Origin: a virus
Length of the DNA: 64,000 bases
Direction: 5' to 3' (one strand)
IMG/VR virus record: IMGVR_UViG_3300046673_000114
Coordinates: 16,484 to 80,483 of that record
Part shown: piece by piece, positions 62,888 through 64,000 of the stretch
Layout: every line of letters starts with the position of its first letter
Position numbering within the stretch: the first letter of the stretch is position 1
Notes under the pieces: generated by a model
What the model saw: only the letters and a program-made list of their open reading frames with translations
Told to the model about the DNA's origin: nothing
Databases searched by the model: none
Program-made: the position numbers and the translations under genes

Positions 62888-63988
62888 ATGAATAAAGTCT
62901 TTCGTTATAGGCTGTATCCGACCGCACACCAAGAAACGGTGATGAAGCAAACGCTTGAGCTGTGCAGATGGGTCTATAACGAAACACTGGCAACACGGCG
63001 CAACGCGTATGAAGCAACAAAAGACTTCCCATATTCTCGACACGTTTTGTATTCTCGATACGACACGCAAAAACTACTGTTGCTCTGGAAACAAGAACGA
63101 CAGATACCTGTGTATTCTCAGGTGCTCCAAGAAGTTCAATATCGAGTAGACTTAGCCTTCAAAGCATTTTTCCGGCGGGTAAAAGCTGGAGAGAAAGCAG
63201 GATACCCGCGTTTCAAAGGTAGGGGCTGGTGTGATTCATTCACTTACCCACAGTCAGGTTTTGCTCTCACAGGTTCAACGCTACAGTTGTCAAAGATAGG
63301 TGATGTCAAAATCAAACTACACAGACCGATAGAGGGCGAGATAAAGCGGCTTAACATAAAGCGCAGTTCAACAGGGAAGTGGTTTGCGTGTTTCACTGTT
63401 GACGGTTGGAGAGAGATACAAATAGCACCTAACAATGCTGCGGTTGGTGTTGATGTTGGCATAAATTCGTTTGCCACACTGTCAACTGGTGAACACATAG
63501 ACAACCCACGTTTCTTTAGAGCTGAAGAAAAACAGTTAGCGAAAGCGCAGCGAAATAAGGCAAAGAAGGTAATTCCGAAGATACACGAACGCATAGCGAA
63601 CAAGCGGAGTAACTTCGCTCACCAGTTAAGCAGAAAGCTTGTCGATACATACGGCATCATCGCCTTCGAGGACTTGAATATCAAAGGGATGATGCAAAAC
63701 AGCCACCTAGCAAAGTCAATAGGCGATGTGGCGTGGAGTCAGTTCATCACATTCACGAAGAACAAAGCTGAGAACGCTGGTTCAGTAGTGGTGATGGTTG
63801 ACGCAAAGAATACAACTCAAGAATGTTCGAGATGTGGTCAGATAGTTCATAAAGAGCTGAAAGACCGCGTTCATTCGTGTGACTGCGGACTTGTCTTAGA
63901 TAGAGATGAGAACGCGGCTAAGAACATACTCGGTCGTGGGCTAGCGACCGTTCGTGGAAACACGATAGAAGCTGCTTGCGTAAGCTAG
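62888..63988 (+). CDS. tnpB: RNA-guided endonuclease TnpB
   Basis: GVDVG, FEDL and DRDENAA; close paralog of 20419..21537. Confidence 0.95.
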   Translation: MNKVFRYRLYPTAHQETVMKQTLELCRWVYNETLATRRNAYEATKDFPYSRHVLYSRYDTQKLLLLWKQERQIPVYSQVLQEVQYRVDLAFKAFFRRVKAGEKAGYPRFKGRGWCDSFTYPQSGFALTGSTLQLSKIGDVKIKLHRPIEGEIKRLNIKRSSTGKWFACFTVDGWREIQIAPNNAAVGVDVGINSFATLSTGEHIDNPRFFRAEEKQLAKAQRNKAKKVIPKIHERIANKRSNFAHQLSRKLVDTYGIIAFEDLNIKGMMQNSHLAKSIGDVAWSQFITFTKNKAENAGSVVVMVDAKNTTQECSRCGQIVHKELKDRVHSCDCGLVLDRDENAAKNILGRGLATVRGNTIEAACVS

Positions 63989-64000
63989 TAGAGTAGTCAC

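Larger units (their letters stand above)
62394..64000 (+). mobile_element. Complete IS605-type element (tnpA + tnpB)
   Basis: TTAAC target; left hairpin TCTACTTGCGAAAGCTGGTAGA; right end ...GTAGAGTAGTCAC at the window end. Confidence 0.9.

Noticed and set aside
10862-63988. Catalytically dead TnpB regulators or Cas12f
   Set aside because: All four retain the RuvC D-E-D residues and IS ends; there is no CRISPR array.
1-64000. tRNA/rRNA genes and att/dif sites
   Set aside because: No convincing cloverleaf or dif-like site seen by eye; tRNAscan-SE would be needed to exclude them.

Overview
The window looks like part of a tailed (Caudoviricetes-type) virus or provirus of an archaeon. Archaeal signals are an Orc1/Cdc6 initiator with an adjacent origin-like region, an Hjc-type resolvase, TATA promoters, GAGGTGA ribosome-binding sites and apparently leaderless genes. 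Viral signals are a tail hub/adhesin module (1-9.6 kb), holin-like membrane genes, ParB, a TerS candidate, a terminase split into two distant genes, and a MuF head protein. No portal, major capsid protein, integrase, polymerase, tRNA or CRISPR array was recognised. Selfish nucleases are abundant: four tnpB-bearing IS200/IS605 elements plus one remnant, about ten HNH genes and two GIY-YIG-like genes. The strongest candidate new system is a modular glycan-attack toolkit. One Tal-like tail hub appears distributed over four genes, with its last 63 aa present twice on different passengers. One passenger is an unassigned GH18-like barrel that recurs elsewhere fused to a lectin tail, and a papain protease carries the same tail. 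Other notable signals are a genome-wide TTAACA-NN-TGTTAA palindrome, hairpins with anti-Shine-Dalgarno loops, two motif-punctuated small-gene arrays, a -1 slip fusing an ABC ATPase to a Mom-like GNAT, a captured antisense cellular gene fragment and apparent absence of GATC. All family assignments come from motif recognition by eye; no searches were run.
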